Of a stretch of 64,000 nt of DNA, positions 24,537-38,062 are shown piece after piece; position 1 is the first letter of the stretch; every line of letters starts with the position of its first letter. A model generated the notes under the pieces. It did no database searches and was not told the origin of the DNA. It saw only the letters and a program-made list of their open reading frames with translations. Position numbers and translations under genes: made by a program. The DNA is taken from positions 8,620,001 to 8,684,000 of the forward strand of contig CM075989.1 in the NCBI GenBank assembly GCA_038087875.1, given 5' to 3'. This DNA is from Malacoraja senta. Taxonomy: Eukaryota.

Positions 24537-25311
24537 TAACCCTTGGCGCCCTTACTAATCAAGAACCCATCAATCTCTGCTTTAAAAATACCCAATGACT
24601 TGGCCTCCACAGCCGTCTGTGGCAATGAACTCCATAAGATGTAGGAGTAGAATTAGGCCATTCGGCGAATCGACTCTACTCTGTCATGGCCGATCTATTT
24701 CTTCCCTCTTAACCCGATTCTCCTGCCTCCCCATAACCTTTGTCACTCTTCAAAATCAAGAACCCATCAATCTAAGCTTTGAAAATACCCAATATCTTGC
24801 CCTCCCCAGCCTTTTAGGACAATGAATTCCACTGATTCATCTTCCCTGACTCAAGAAATTCGTTACCTCCATTCAAAAGGTACATCTTTCTATTCTGAAG
24901 CTGTGGCCTTTTTCGACCATACATTAAGGCTGAACTATTTGACCGTACCATTTGCTCCAATTTAACTTTTTCCTTCCATGCCTATTTTAGTGTATGTCTA
25001 AATGCCTCTAAAACATAGTAAGTGTATCTGATTTCATGACCTCCTCTGATATCAACCACTCTGTAGTATAAACTCACATTCTTCTCAACCTCAAGCAATT
25101 TAGACTTATCCACCACTCTGTCTAGGTCTGTCTTTATTCAGTAGGTTTCAATGAGATCCTCCTCATCCTTCTAAACTCCAGCAAGTAGATCATGGCAGAC
25201 ATGAAGTCAAGTCAAGTTTATTTGTCACATACACATACAAGGTGTGCAGTGAAATGAAAGACCATTCGGCCCATCAAGTCTGTGTCTGTAAAACAACCCC
25301 ATCAGTTCCAC

Positions 25312-25445
25312 GCTGGGGTTTGAGATTGCAACCTTCACGTGGTCCACCCTATTTCGACTAATGCAATCAATGCACAAACAAATAGATCAAATAGAATAAG
25401 TTGACCTACAACTTTAGGCTGTGCCCGCCTTACGCAAGAAGAAGA
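25312..25445 (+). mobile_element. Short non-LTR retroelement 3' end with (GAA)n tail
   Basis: 8-bp direct repeat AGTTCCAC at 25304-25311 and 25446-25453; ends gcaagaagaaga. Confidence 0.65.
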
Positions 25446-25649
25446 AGTTCCACACTCCTGCTCTTTTTTTCCTCTTGTTCTGCAAATTATTCTCTCTCCA
25501 GGGGTGTGCAGGAAACATGACAACCAGTTTCAGACCAAGGGAAGGGGTTATGGTGCAAGGTATGGAAATGGAATCAAGGCACCTACCTCGCAGCACCAAG
25601 CAGGTGAGGGCATAGAGGGTGAGGAAGCAGAGTGCTATCATTCCTGCCT

Positions 25650-26215
25650 TCCAGCCACACATGGCGGCGGGCGGCCCGCCCCTCCCCCCCCCCTCCTGCT
25701 CCTACCTGTCCACCTGTTGCCCCGGTGCTTCCTCGCGTGAGCGCGCTTGTCACAATGCGGGGCCGCCGGCGTCACACGCACGCGCGCTCCCCCATCCGCA
25801 CGCCAGGTGTGAGCGACTCACCTGTGGAGCGCTGCATCAGTGGGGAGAGGGAGGGAAAGAGAGGGGGGAAAGAGAAGAAGGGAGAGGGAAAGAGGAAGGG
25901 GGAAGGGAGAGAGAAAGAGGAAGAGGGAAAGAGGGAGAGAGAGAAAAAAGAGAGCAAACAAAGAGGTTTATTTACCTTTTCTTTCCCTTCCCACCTTTCC
26001 CCTCAGTATGTGCTCTTTACAATGTCCTCTCCATTTTCGATCTTAGTCTCTTTAAATTAAGTACACTCCCTCCGTTTAAGGATTTTTGCAGGAATAGGTG
26101 CTCTCTTTTGTGAAGGTCTCTCTCTTGTGCTGAGTAATTTTACTTAAAACCGATCTCGCAGGTTTATTTAGTTTTAGCTCATTTCTTTGTAGAAACCGCG
26201 CCATTTTTAAAAATC
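25650..26215 (-). promoter_or_regulatory. Small CpG island / candidate promoter and first exon
   Basis: CpG-dense 25660-25835 with GC box and E-boxes; YY1 motif CGCCATTTT at 26199-26207; consensus minus-strand donor CAG|GTGAGT at 25824-25816. Confidence 0.5.
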
Positions 26216-26439
26216 GTCCATTCCAATTGAATTTTCCTCCTTGGAGATATCTGGGATCAAATTTAAATTTAATTTAAATCAAATTTCATGTCACAAGCAC
26301 CAACTGAAGCCCTGCAAATACAGATGAGGCACCAAGCAGTGAGTGGATCCAGATGACACAGAAAGCATTCAAGAGAGTGTTGGAAAGCTTTAATATTTGT
26401 TGTTCATTTCTGTTAAGTGCCTGTCAAACTTTTACAGTT

Positions 26440-26798
26440 GTGTAGGAAGGAACTGCAGATGCAGTTCCTCCAGCTTTTTATGTCTATCTTCATTTTAACC
26501 AAAGATGTACATAAAAAAGCTGGAGGAACTCAACGGGTCAGACAGCATCTCTGGAGAAAAGGAATAGGTGACGTTTCGGGTTGACGAAGGGTGTCGACCC
26601 GAAACGTCACCAAAGCTTTTACTGTCGGAGTACTGTACATCAATGGAGCGAAGGAAATAGGCAACATTTCGGGTCGAAACCCTTCTTCAGACCCGAAACG
26701 TTGCCTATTTCCTTCGCTCCATAGATGCTGCCTCACCCGCTGAGTTTCTCCAGCATTTTTGTCTACCTTCGATTTTCCAGCATCTGCAGTTCCTTCTT
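26440..26798. mobile_element. Two adjacent Penelope-derived inverted units
   Basis: Head-to-head hammerhead-containing halves; second unit 26628-26798 flanked by 15-bp repeat AAGCTTTTACTGTCG (26613-26627, 26799-26813). Confidence 0.7.
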
Positions 26799-27089
26799 AA
26801 GCTTTTACTGTCGTTCATTTCTGTCAAGTGCCAGCAAACCTTTACAATGTCACAGTACTGACATTCTTTTACTGACACAGACTCAATGGGCTGAATGGTC
26901 TTCTTTTGAGCCATGATGAAGATGGTGATATGACCCAATGTAGCTCCAGCTCTTTAGCTGCTTGCTACATTAAAGAGCTGGAGATACAAGTTGTGAAGGA
27001 GTCATTTTAAGTTAAAGTATGATTCCATAGCTGAATACTTTGTCCAAATTGCCTTTCTTCCACACTAATTTAGATGATCAGTACTTTGT

Positions 27090-27394
27090 GGGCAGCACAG
27101 TGGCACAGCTGATAGAGCTGTTGCTTTACTTCGCCAGACTCCCAGGTTCGATCGTGACCTCGGGTGCTGACTGTAAGAAGTTTGCACGTTCTCCCTATGA
27201 TCGCATGGGTGCTCCGGTTTCCAACAACATCCCAAAGACGTGTAGGTTAATTGGCCTCTGTGGATTTCCCCCTAACATGTAGGCAGTGGATGCAGAAGTG
27301 GGATAACATAGAAATAGTGTGAATGGATGATCGAGGGTCGGCGTGGACTCAGTGGGCTGAAGGGCCTGTTTCTGTGCTTCATCTCTAAACTAAA
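27090..27394 (+). mobile_element. tRNA-derived V-SINE (HE1-like)
   Basis: A-box and B-box-like head (tggcacagctg, ggttcgatc); V-domain gtttgcacgttctcc...gctccggtttcc; CR1-type tail aagggcctgtttc...ctaaactaaa. Confidence 0.8.
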
Positions 27395-29837
27395 TTGGGA
27401 AATTCTTCAGCCATGTACGATGTATAAGATAATTAGAATGCATTGAGCTCTCAAGACAATTAGCTGAACAGAATTTAAAATGTCATCAAATTGCAGCTGA
27501 GTTTTGGGTGTCACATTTTTGGGAGGTGGGAAACTGGACGAAGGGTTATGAGGTGTTTTTCTGAAGTTGCTGTTTAGACAGAATAAAGGGATTATGAACT
27601 GCAACTAATTGACAAGAATATTCATTGTGCTATAATTGAGGCTGATTTTTCCCACACAAGAGTCCCTGGCAGCAATCATCTGAACAGACAGGGTTGTAGC
27701 AACTCTACACACATGATTGAAGGTGGGTCCTCCTTTCACCTAGTTTCAAGGAGATGGGTTATTTTCATGCTGACCCACTTAAAGACTGCCATGTATAACA
27801 TTTAGTGAGGCCTCTTTTTAACCTTGAGGCTAAATGTAACAGCTAACAATTCGGGTCTGGCACCCTTCATCAGAATGTTCCGAACAAGGGTCTTGGGTCT
27901 GAAATGTTAACTCTTTCTCTTTCCACAGACACATGTTTTCAGCATTTTCTGTTTTTATTTGGGATAGTCTATATTGTGTATGATGTTGCCTTGGAAATAC
28001 AATATAACACAGCTTTTTACTCACTTATATTTTGAAATCACTTGTGGCCATATTGTTTTGTTAAAAAGATTCATCTTTAAAAATACTTCCTATTCATGGA
28101 AAAGAAACATTTTATACAATTGTTCATAGATTTTTTTTTAAATTGCATGGGTATTTTTTTTAAATAATAATGAAAGCAATTTAATGATGTCACCATTAGC
28201 AGGGAGTAATTATTTAATATTTGTCATATAACTTGGGATAGACACAAGAGGGCAGATTTTATCAATATGCATTCCCCCAGCATGGTGACTTAGAAAGGTG
28301 AAGGAGGCATGTTGGAAAATAATGGGTATAACCCCAGTAATCTTTGATTTGTTGCTTGCATTGGCTGAGATATGAAAAGAGTGTTAATGCTGTCCCATAT
28401 TCTGCATGAAAGAAACAAATTGAATTAATATTACTTGTATCTCTTGACTATTACAGATATGCAGCACTGATTTGTTGGACTCAGAGATAAAGAACGGTTA
28501 GTGATTCTGTTGTTTATTATCATTCCTCCTGTGTTCCTCGTGACACTGTGTGATATCTGAAGCCTAGTTGATTGTCATCATCTCCATTGAAAATGTGTGG
28601 CTTGGTGAGGCTTAGAGAGCAAAGTAGAAAGCTGACGAGTTAGAAAATACTGGCTTAGAAAAATGAACTTTCAAGAATTTATGCAATAATTACCATAATA
28701 ATTGCAGATTTGAGGTTTATGTCAGTCACTATGATAGCAATATGGGAGCTGGGGGAGTTAAAATGTGTGCAGCGGGTTTTTATAAATTTGGTCACGTTTC
28801 AGGTCGAGACCCTTCTTCAGAAGAACTGCTGGGTTACTCCGGCATTTTGTGTCTATCTTCCGTTTAAACCAGCATCTGCAGTTCCTTCCTTCACTTTATA
28901 AATTTAGTGTTGGTAAATGGAATTTTACACTGCATTGAATCTGATCATGCCCCATCTGATATTGAGAAAATGAAGAACAGCGAGTGAATGATTAAAAGCA
29001 CTGCTGATATTTGATACGTTCCTCTGGTGCTTCAGGTACCCATTGACATTGTTGAGTGCACAGATACAAGTGTCAATTTGTTATGTGCACTGGATATGAA
29101 CAAAAACAATGACATTCTTTTTTGCAAGTACATTCGATACAGCAACAATAAATATACAATTGCCAGTTTTCCCAAGTAAACTGGTCCACAGTATCACATA
29201 GCACCAATTTATGTCATTTGTTTTGCGTTAGGAGTTTAAAATGGATATATATGTAAGATTTGTATAGGAAGAACTACATATGCTGGTTGACACCAAAGAT
29301 AGACACAAAATGCTGGGGAAACTCAGCTGGTCAGGCAGTATCTCTGGAGAAAAGGAATAGACAACATTTCGGTAAAGGTCTCAACCCGAAACGACACTAT
29401 ATTTAAGATTATTCAGCTCAGCAGCTGGCAAAATGTTACCACACACAAACAGCATGTGAGCCACTGATTATTGTGTGCTCCATACAATAAATATTTTCTC
29501 ATTCCAGCAACCTGCAACTTTGGAGTTAAAGTTTGCAAAATATCAGAACTTTTCAAATTATTTTTTATTCTTTAAAGCATGTACATTGAAGTCAGACTAG
29601 AGCAAAGTCATAATCTGACATAAGGTCACAGTGGCCTCTACAGTTGACCAGCATTTGGTACAGCGGTCAGGCGTCATGTTCTTGGAATGGGCTCTTAGCC
29701 CACAGTGAAAAGGCAACCAATACATATTCATCCCTGTCATTTTAAACTCCCCGGTGTGTGTTATTGACTTGGGTAATCACCTGATCTATAAACTGTATCT
29801 CTGCAACACAACTTCTTTGCTGGAAGCTGTGACACCA

Positions 29838-30220
29838 AAATGGGTGGTATTGTAAACAGTGAAGATGGTTGTCAAAAATTGCCGCAGAACCTTGATCGGT
29901 TTGGCAGGTGGGCTGAGGAAAGGTTGATGGAATTTAATAGGGAGAAATGTGAGGTGTTGCATTTTGAAACGTCTAACATGGGCAGGACTTACACAGTAGG
30001 GCTCTATTGTAGAGCAGAGGGATATAGGAGTGCATCAAGGAGTTCCTTGAAAGTGGCATCAAAGGTAGATAGTGTAGTCAAAAAGATTTTCAGCACATTG
30101 ACCTTTAGCAGTCAGTGTACTGGGTGTAGAAGTTGGGAGGTCATGTTGCAGTTATACAAGATGGTGGTGAGGCCACATTTACAGTATTGTGTTCTGTTTT
30201 GGTCACCATGTTATCATAAG
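29838..30220 (+). mobile_element. CR1 LINE RT fragment (appears to continue at about 32000-32150)
   Basis: ORF 29840-30226 has MEFNREKCEVLHF and MVVRPHLQYCVLFWSP. Confidence 0.85.
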
Positions 30221-30409
30221 GAATAGGAGTAGAATGAGGCCATTCGGCCCATCAAGTCTACTCTGCCATTCAATCATGGCTGATCTATCTCCCCCTCCTA
30301 ACCTCATTCTCCTGCTTTCCCCCCATAACATCTGACACCCGTACTAATCAAGAATCTATCTCTGCCTTAAAAAATATCCACTAACAGCCTCCATAGCCTT
30401 CTGTGGCAA

Positions 30410-31219
30410 ACATCGGAGGAGAAGCTGTGGAGATGGTGTCCAGTTTTAAATATCTGGGGGTGCACATTTCTAACGACCTCACCTGGACCTGCAACACGGC
30501 TAGCATCATTAAAAAAGCCCACCAACGCCTTTACTTTTTGAGGAAGCTGAAGCGTGCTGGCCTCAGCACCCTAGTCCTGACATCATTTTACAGGTGTGTG
30601 GTGGAGAGCATTCTCACATCGTGTATCACAGTGTGGTACGCAAACTGCTCTGCTGCTGACAGGAAGGCGTTGCAGAGGGTGGTCAAATATGCCCCAAAAA
30701 TCACAAATAACTGCCTCCCTGCCATTGAGGACATTTACAGCAGCAGGTGCAAGAGCAGAGCCTCAAACATTATGAAGGGCCCCACCCACCCGGCAAATGA
30801 ACTCTTTGCCCCCCCTCCCCTCAGGGAGAAGGCTGCGCAGCATAAAGGCCAGGACAACAAGGCTTAAAGCCAGCTTCTTCCCCGAGGCCGTGAGACTTTT
30901 AAACTCCCTACCTCACTAACTGAACCCTCACTACCTCAGTGAACTGTCTGCCGCTACTGCTGCTGCTATGGACATTATTATGCTGCTGTCTTTTAACCAT
31001 GCTGCTCTTCTACTTTTTACTATTTATTCATAGGCTCATTATTATTTAGATTTTATTGTGGAAGGTTTTTATATGTTAGAATTTATTGATGTCTTTACTG
31101 TACTTTATTGGTGTCTTACTGCACTATTACGCTGATCGGACCTGAGTACAAATTTCGTTCATGATTCATGTGGAAGCATGTTTTTATCGAATGACAATAA
31201 ATAAATGAACAATGAACAA
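30410..31219 (+). mobile_element. Rex1/Babar LINE 3' fragment inserted into an antisense CR1
   Basis: ORF 30403-30867 has FKYLGVHISNDLTW, KKAHQRLYFLRKLK and FYRCVVESILT; tail tgacaataa plus (aatgaac)n; the CR1 resumes at about 31220. Confidence 0.9.
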
Positions 31220-31965
31220 TAATTGCACAGATTCACCACCCTCTTACTAAATAAATTTCTCCTCATCTCCTTCCTAAAAGAACATCCTTTAATACTGAGG
31301 CTTTGACCTCTCATCCTAGACTCTCCCACTAGTAGAAACATCCTCTCCACATCCACTCTATCCAAGCCTTTCACTATTCTGTATGTTTCAATTGAGGTCC
31401 CCCTTCATACATCTAAACTCCAGCGAGTACAGGCCCAACCCTCAACATACGTTAACCTACTCATTCCTGGGATCATTCTTGTAAACCTCCTTTGGACCCT
31501 CTCCAGAGCCTGCACACCATTTTTCACATATGGTGCCCACAACTGCTCACAATATTCCAAATGTGGCCTTACCAGCACCTGTAGACGATCAACATTACAT
31601 CCCTGTTTTTGTATACAAGCCCTCTTGAAATAAATGCTAGCATTGAGTTTGCTTTCTTTACTACCGGTTTCACTTGCAGATTTACTCTTTGGGAATCCTG
31701 CACCAGCACTCCCAAGTCCCTTTGCACCTTTGATTTCTCGATTCTCATTCCATTTAGAAAATAGTCTACTCCTTTATTCCTACTACCAAAATGCATGAAT
31801 CCACACTTTGCAACATTATATTCCATCTGCCACTTCTCTGCCCACTCTCCCAACCTGTCCAAATTATTCTGCAAAGTCCCTGTTTTCTCCACACTACCTG
31901 CCCCTCCACCTATTTTCATATCATCTACAAACATTGCCACAAAGCCTTCAATCCCCTTGTCTAAA
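31220..31965 (-). mobile_element. CR1 LINE fragment (its 3' tail is at 30222-30409)
   Basis: ORFs 31569-31940 (MFVDDMKIGG, RDLGVLV) and 31159-31374 (RVVNLCN). Confidence 0.88.
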
Positions 31966-32160
31966 CCACGAGGAATAAAGTCCTATAGCATTGTTGCAGC
32001 AAAGATGTTGTCAACCTAGAAAAGGTGAAGAGAAGATTTACGAGGATGTTGCCAGGACCCGAGGGCCTGTGTTATAGGGCGAGATTGAACAGGCTAGGAC
32101 TTTATTCCTTGGTGCGCAGGAGGTTGAGGGGTGAACTTATAGAGGTACATGTCTTATAGC

Positions 32161-32458
32161 TGCACAGTGGCGCAGCAGTAGAGTTGCTGCCTTACAGCGC
32201 CTGAGACCCGGGTTTGATTCTGACTATGTGTGCTGTCTGTATGGAATTTGGACGTTCTCCTTGTGACCACGTACGTTTCCTCCGGGTGCTCCGGTTTCCT
32301 CCCACATTCTAAAGATGTGCAGGTCTGGAGGTAACTTGGCTTCTGTAAATTGTCCCTAGTGCATAGGACATAGAACGAGTGTACCGGTGATCGTTGGTTG
32401 GCGTGGACTCGGTGAGCCTTTCAGCTGTTTTCACACTGTATCTCAAACTAAACTAAAA
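32161..32458 (+). mobile_element. tRNA-derived V-SINE (HE1-like)
   Basis: gtggcgcagcagtagag, gggtttgattc, tccgggtgctccggtttcctcccaca; (ctaaa)n tail. Confidence 0.85.
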
Positions 32459-33509
32459 TGAATGTGTACAAAATCATGAGAGGAATAAATCAGGTAAATT
32501 CAATATTTTAGCATTGTTTAAGTATGTGATTCCTTTTCCAAGATCAGAGTCTATGCGTGGTATGTGATGTGTCGGGGCAATTTCTTTTACTTTAATCAGT
32601 GGTTTATTTGGTGACACATTATGGTCAAGGTCCTGACCAAAACATCACCTATCCATATTCTCCAGGCATACTGCCTGACTCGCTCTGTTACTCCAGTGCG
32701 CTGTTACTCCAGCAATCTGTGTCTTTTTTTGTAAACCGCCATCTGCAGTTCCTTGCTTCTACATGGTCACCTTTACGATTGCTTTAGTACTGTGATATCA
32801 GAATCCTCCAGAAATCGCAAGCAGACAAATCAGTAAATGACTAAATTACAGATAATGTGGAATTGAAGGAAATTTATTAATGAAATAATGCAAACCAAGG
32901 TAAAAATCAATTTTAGCCATAGTCTTCAAGCATATAAATACAGCACTATATGTCTTTTATTACAATGCCGTAGGGAAATGAATTGAAGTTCCCAGCGCAG
33001 AGCTTTGCCCTTGGGACATTTCATTGACTCTAACAGTCTAGTCTATAAGAGTGGAGTCAGAGGACTGGAGAATTTTTACTGCTGTACAGTTTTAAAAAGG
33101 GAAAAAGAGGTAAAATAAGTAATTACAGACCAGCTTCAACTTCAATGATGGGCGTGTTATTGGAAACAATTGCAAGGGACATTATAAACCTTCATTTAAA
33201 TTCAACCAGAAAACCAAGGAGAGTTATCATTTTAAGGGAAAGTTGTGTTTGATGAAAAAAAATGCTTCGGATGCTTTTTAGGATGTATCTCGGAGTGTTG
33301 ATGGTCACTGTTTTTTGATGTATATATGTGGATTTTACCAAAGTTTTTGATAAAATTCCAAATGAAAAACTTGTTAAGAAAATGAAAGCCCATGAGATCC
33401 AAGGGAGAGTGCCAAGTTGGATACTAAATTGCCCAATGTCAGGAAGCTAGAGTAATGGTTGACAGGCGTTTTCACTCCAGAAGACTGCTTCCAATAGGAT
33501 TTTACAGAT

Positions 33510-33669
33510 GTGTAGGAAGGAATTGCTGGATTAAATCAAAGATAGACACAAAAAGCTGAAGTAAGTCAGCAGGACAGGCAGCATCTCTGGAGAGAAGGAA
33601 TGGGTGACATTTCAGATCGAGACCCTTCTTCAGACTGAAGTTACTCCAGCTTTTTGTGTCTCTCTCAGG
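33510..33669. mobile_element. Penelope-derived inverted unit inserted in an old CR1 (about 33070-34180)
   Basis: 10-bp repeat TTTTACAGAT at 33500-33509 and 33670-33679; antisense hammerhead motif at 33604-33634. Confidence 0.7.
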
Positions 33670-36600
33670 TTTTACAGATACTGGAATTTGTCCCTCTACC
33701 GTTTGCAGGAAATTTTAATAGTTTAGCCTTAAATGATGAGAAGCAAATCAGCCAGATGGCAGAGAATACAAAAAATCAGCAATAGTCTTCAAGCATGTAT
33801 ATAGTTCACTGAATCTGAAGAAGGGTCCCAACCTGAAACGTCATCTATCAATGTTCCCCAGAGATTGTGCAATGACCCGCTGAGTTACTCCAGCACTTTG
33901 TATTGTTATTTTTGGAAATCAGCATCTGCTGTTCTTTGTTTCTACAAAAAATGGTTTAATGATTGACTGTGAGGAAGAAAGCCTCAGACTGCAGAAGTGA
34001 ATTGCTAAATCAGTTGGCTCAGCAGATAAGTTGTAAGTGGAATTTCACTAGAAAATTCATTAAGTAATGTATTGGAGGGAAGCAGCCAGGGAATCTCTCA
34101 GAATACCAAAAAGTACAGAAAAAGAATGGAACCTTATGCTATGTGTCCACTGATTCTTAAAATTAGATGGTCGAATTAGGCTAGGTAGTTTATTTTCAAA
34201 TAGCAGTGGTTAGCAATGGCCCATTTCTGCAACATAACATCATGGTTCCATGATTATCAGAGAACCATGGATGTGCTGATCATGCGTATCTGATGCTTTT
34301 CTATCTGGTGTAATGCCTAGAGAAGATCGTGGAAAGGAACTAACATTTCTGGCTTGCAATCATCATGGTGTCAACAGTAGGAAAGTTGGCATTCTCTCCT
34401 TGAATATAAAAAAACAATTCCATGAGTACGAAGATGCATTTTGTCTTTGGGAAGAACATGTCATAATAAAGAAAGAACTTCAGACCTGTTCCAGTGCAAC
34501 ATTTCCTGTTGTTCAAACACTACATTGGGATGTTCAATATTGATCCAAACCCTTGGAACTCCGAGATGCAGCATGAGTTTATTTTTACACAGAGTGTTTA
34601 ATTTCTGTAACGTGCAGCCAGAGGAAGTGGTGTGATTAGTTACAATTACAATGTTTAGGACACATTTAGTAAGACACTAAGGTTGGCAAGGCACATTTGG
34701 ATATAATCCTATTGCTGGCCAATGAGACTAGTGCAAAAAGGTTGAGATGGATTTGGTGGGTCAAAGGGATATTTTTGTGCAGTGTTCAGAGGGGGGGAGA
34801 GAGGCTGCATTCAACACTTTATGGGACATTTAATGTTATAGGAGCAGAATTAGGCCATTCAGCCCATCAAGTCTATTTTGCTATTCAACCATGGCTGATC
34901 TATCTTTCCCTCTCAACCCCATTCTCCTGCCTTCTCCCCATAGCCCCTGACACCTGTACTAATCAAAAATCAATAGGTGGTTAGAAAACTGAAAGTGGGG
35001 GGGGGGGGGGATGGGGGTGAAGGTTATATTTCATTCACTGTTTCTTCTCTGCTCACCTACAATTTCCACCACACCTCTCCCCATCTTTCAACCCTGCATC
35101 TTCCTTCGTCTTCCCTGATGGCTCTGTTGCTGTTTGGATCTTAGTCCCAGCAATGCAAGACTGAGGAACATCGAGCTGAGATTCAGTGATGTGCGCAGTT
35201 GATGTGGAGAGGGCTAGTCTTGCCCCAATTCTGGATTTACGTGTGTTTCTTTGCAGGCAGGAAAGCAAGCTAGCAAAAAAAATCGGTCTGGGAGGCATAA
35301 AAAGCAGCTGAAGTCACTCACTGTGAGAGAACAGGAATATTTTCGTAAATTAACCTAGTTATAGCAGCGCTATTGCTGTCAGGAGATATGTAAATTGTTC
35401 CGTTTGGAAATGTAGTTTCAGATGAAAATATCTTTTTGATCCATTTGATCTTGTTGCTAAATTATACAGCCACACAAATTGTAACTGACTCTGAAGTGAG
35501 CAGTGTCCTGGTTTCAAATACCCTTTGGAAGCAATCACTACCATTCCTTTTCTTCATAAAGTCCTGCCTTTATTTAAATGTAAGCACAATGTGCTGTTCC
35601 AATTCTACAGATGTATGGAGACTGTTTTCCATAATTACATTTAAAAGTTCAAAGGTACTCCCTACATGTGAAACAGAAATATAATAATTTATACTGTAAA
35701 TTAATAATATTCTTGATTTGAACCAGAATTTGTGATTTATAACGTTGGAGACAAAAAATTAGGGACAATTACAAGTATTGATATAATTGTTTAGAGATAC
35801 AGCAAGGAAATAAGACCTTTCCTGACACAGTGGTGTAGATAGTCAGGGTGGACTTCATGTTTTGAATGTTCGGGTGCTGGGTCTGTATTCCTGTGTGTAC
35901 TACCAAAATGTCACTTTGACGTGCGATATCATTGTATTTGAAGTTAATGGTTTAGCATTCTACCTATCCATATATATCCAAATGTATCTATTTTTGTTTT
36001 GACTTAAAGGTGTTTTTAAGTTCCAAACTTTGTAAATTTAAATTCTGCATTTGGAGAAATGCTTTTAGTATTGAAATAATTTGATGCAATTGAATTCTGC
36101 ATTTTCTCTGCTGCACAAATAGTTGTCATAATTGCATATTTTTTTAAACCATAGTTAAGTTTTAAGTTATCTGCCATGACGAAGTGAGATAATGGATTTG
36201 TTGTATGTGGTATGCTAGATTGGCAATGGGCATGATATGACTACAAAAAGTTAGAATGAACACAAAAACATCATCATACTGTGATTGTACCGCTGCTGGC
36301 AAGTTCATTTCACTGCACTTTACTGTGTATGTGATGAATAAATCTGATTGATTGATTGATACTAATTTTCATCAATGCATGTTTTGTCAGTATTTTCAAG
36401 ATTTCCAATTTTTACTTTCCCCCTTCATTTGAATGTTAGTACTGCCTCAGGGATCTTCCTTTTAGATTGTTTGTGGAGTGTGCAGAGAGTGTAGACAATC
36501 TATCCCAGCCAGTTAATACATCATGAGGCTACAAGTCAACGTCTATCATCTAAGGTAATACCTTCTGTCGTAACTAGCAAGGCAAATCTTTCTTGTGATA

Positions 36601-38062
36601 AACCACAGTGCTATCGAGTTATCATTCCCTAGTATGCACTGATCAGTATACTATTTATTATTCATTGTGTTCTCTATCTGATCATTTCAATAAAAGAGAC
36701 ACAACCAGTCAAACCACTTCTGCATGTCATTAAATATCTCCATAAATCCTGCTTTGTTTGTACAAATATCAATGAAAATTATTCATTTGGTCAAGAGATT
36801 GCAAGATTAGAACCCGGAGACTCAGAGTATAAGATCATAAGACACAGTGGCCCATTTGGCTCATCGAGTCTGCTCTGCCATTCGATCATGACTGATCTAT
36901 TTTTCCCTTTGAAACCCATTCGCCTGCCTTCTCCCCGTAACCTTTAATGACCTTACGAATCAGAACCAATCAATCTCCGGCTTAAAAATACCCAATGACC
37001 TGACCTCCACACCTGACTGTGACAATGAATTCCACAGATTCATCACTGTCTGGTTAAAGAGATTCCTCCTCATTGTTCAGCAAATGAACATTCAGCATAT
37101 CATGCAGGCAGATTTCATTTGGAAAAACATACCTAATACACAGTCAATCAACAAAGTATCATTCTTATGGAGACACAAGAGTCTGCAGATGCTGGAATCT
37201 GCAGCAAACAATGGTCTGCTGGAGGAACTCAGCGAGTCAGGGATCATCTGTGAAGGGCAATGTATAGTCAGCATTTAAGGTCGAGAACTTCAACTGGACA
37301 CGATGATGGGTCTCATCCCAAAACTGTCCATTTCCCTCCACAGAGTTCTTCCAACAGCTCACTGTATTCTTACATATTTTGTTGTAGTAATATTTACATG
37401 ATCGATTTGAAGACTGAATTCTCTCATCTCTGCCCCAAGAGTTGTGGAGCTAACCAAGTCCTTCATTGGCTGAGATCAAGGAACCCAGCACAAACTAGAA
37501 ATCAAACCAAATATTTTATCCTGTATGGTTGAAATTACTTCTATCATTTGCCTAATTATGCACCAATATCAAAATACAAACATTACAATAGGGCTGAGAG
37601 AAAGTTGGAAACTGAGCAGGAAATTATATCAACTCAAAACACAGAAAAGTTGAAAAAGTGAAATAGACTCTTACAGCTGATACATGTCCTCCCATGTTAT
37701 GAAGTCTTGACTGCTAGCTGCTTCGAGGCTTTAGGCATCTTTTGTCATGTGGGTACTTAGTTTACTGCAATATCTGAATGGTACTGTTAAAACTCCTGGT
37801 GTAACTGCACATTGCTCTTGGTTGGCCTATGTTTTTATTTAAATAAATTGTTAGGCAGCCACATTTCTGATTTGCAAACCATTGGGGTCATAAACGGTTC
37901 TCAGGAACGGGTCCCTGTCATAAACTGGGAAGTACCTGCACAGCGCAGAAGCGGCCCTTTGGCCCAACTTGTCCTTGCCGGCTAAATTGCCTAATCGAGC
38001 TAGCTTAATCCAACTTGCACTTGGCCCATATCTCTCAAAACCTTTCCTATCCAGGTACCTAA

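Noticed and set aside
25619..26113. Lys/Glu/Arg-rich ORFs
   Set aside because: Translation of a GA-rich low-complexity tract.
27090..27165. tRNA gene-like A/B boxes (also at 32161, 43479, 63108)
   Set aside because: These are SINE heads followed by SINE body and tail; no complete cloverleaf.
34232..34296. Hairpin with C/D-box-like words (ATGATTA, CTGA)
   Set aside because: Imperfect C box, too short a span and no recognisable guide; insufficient for a snoRNA call.
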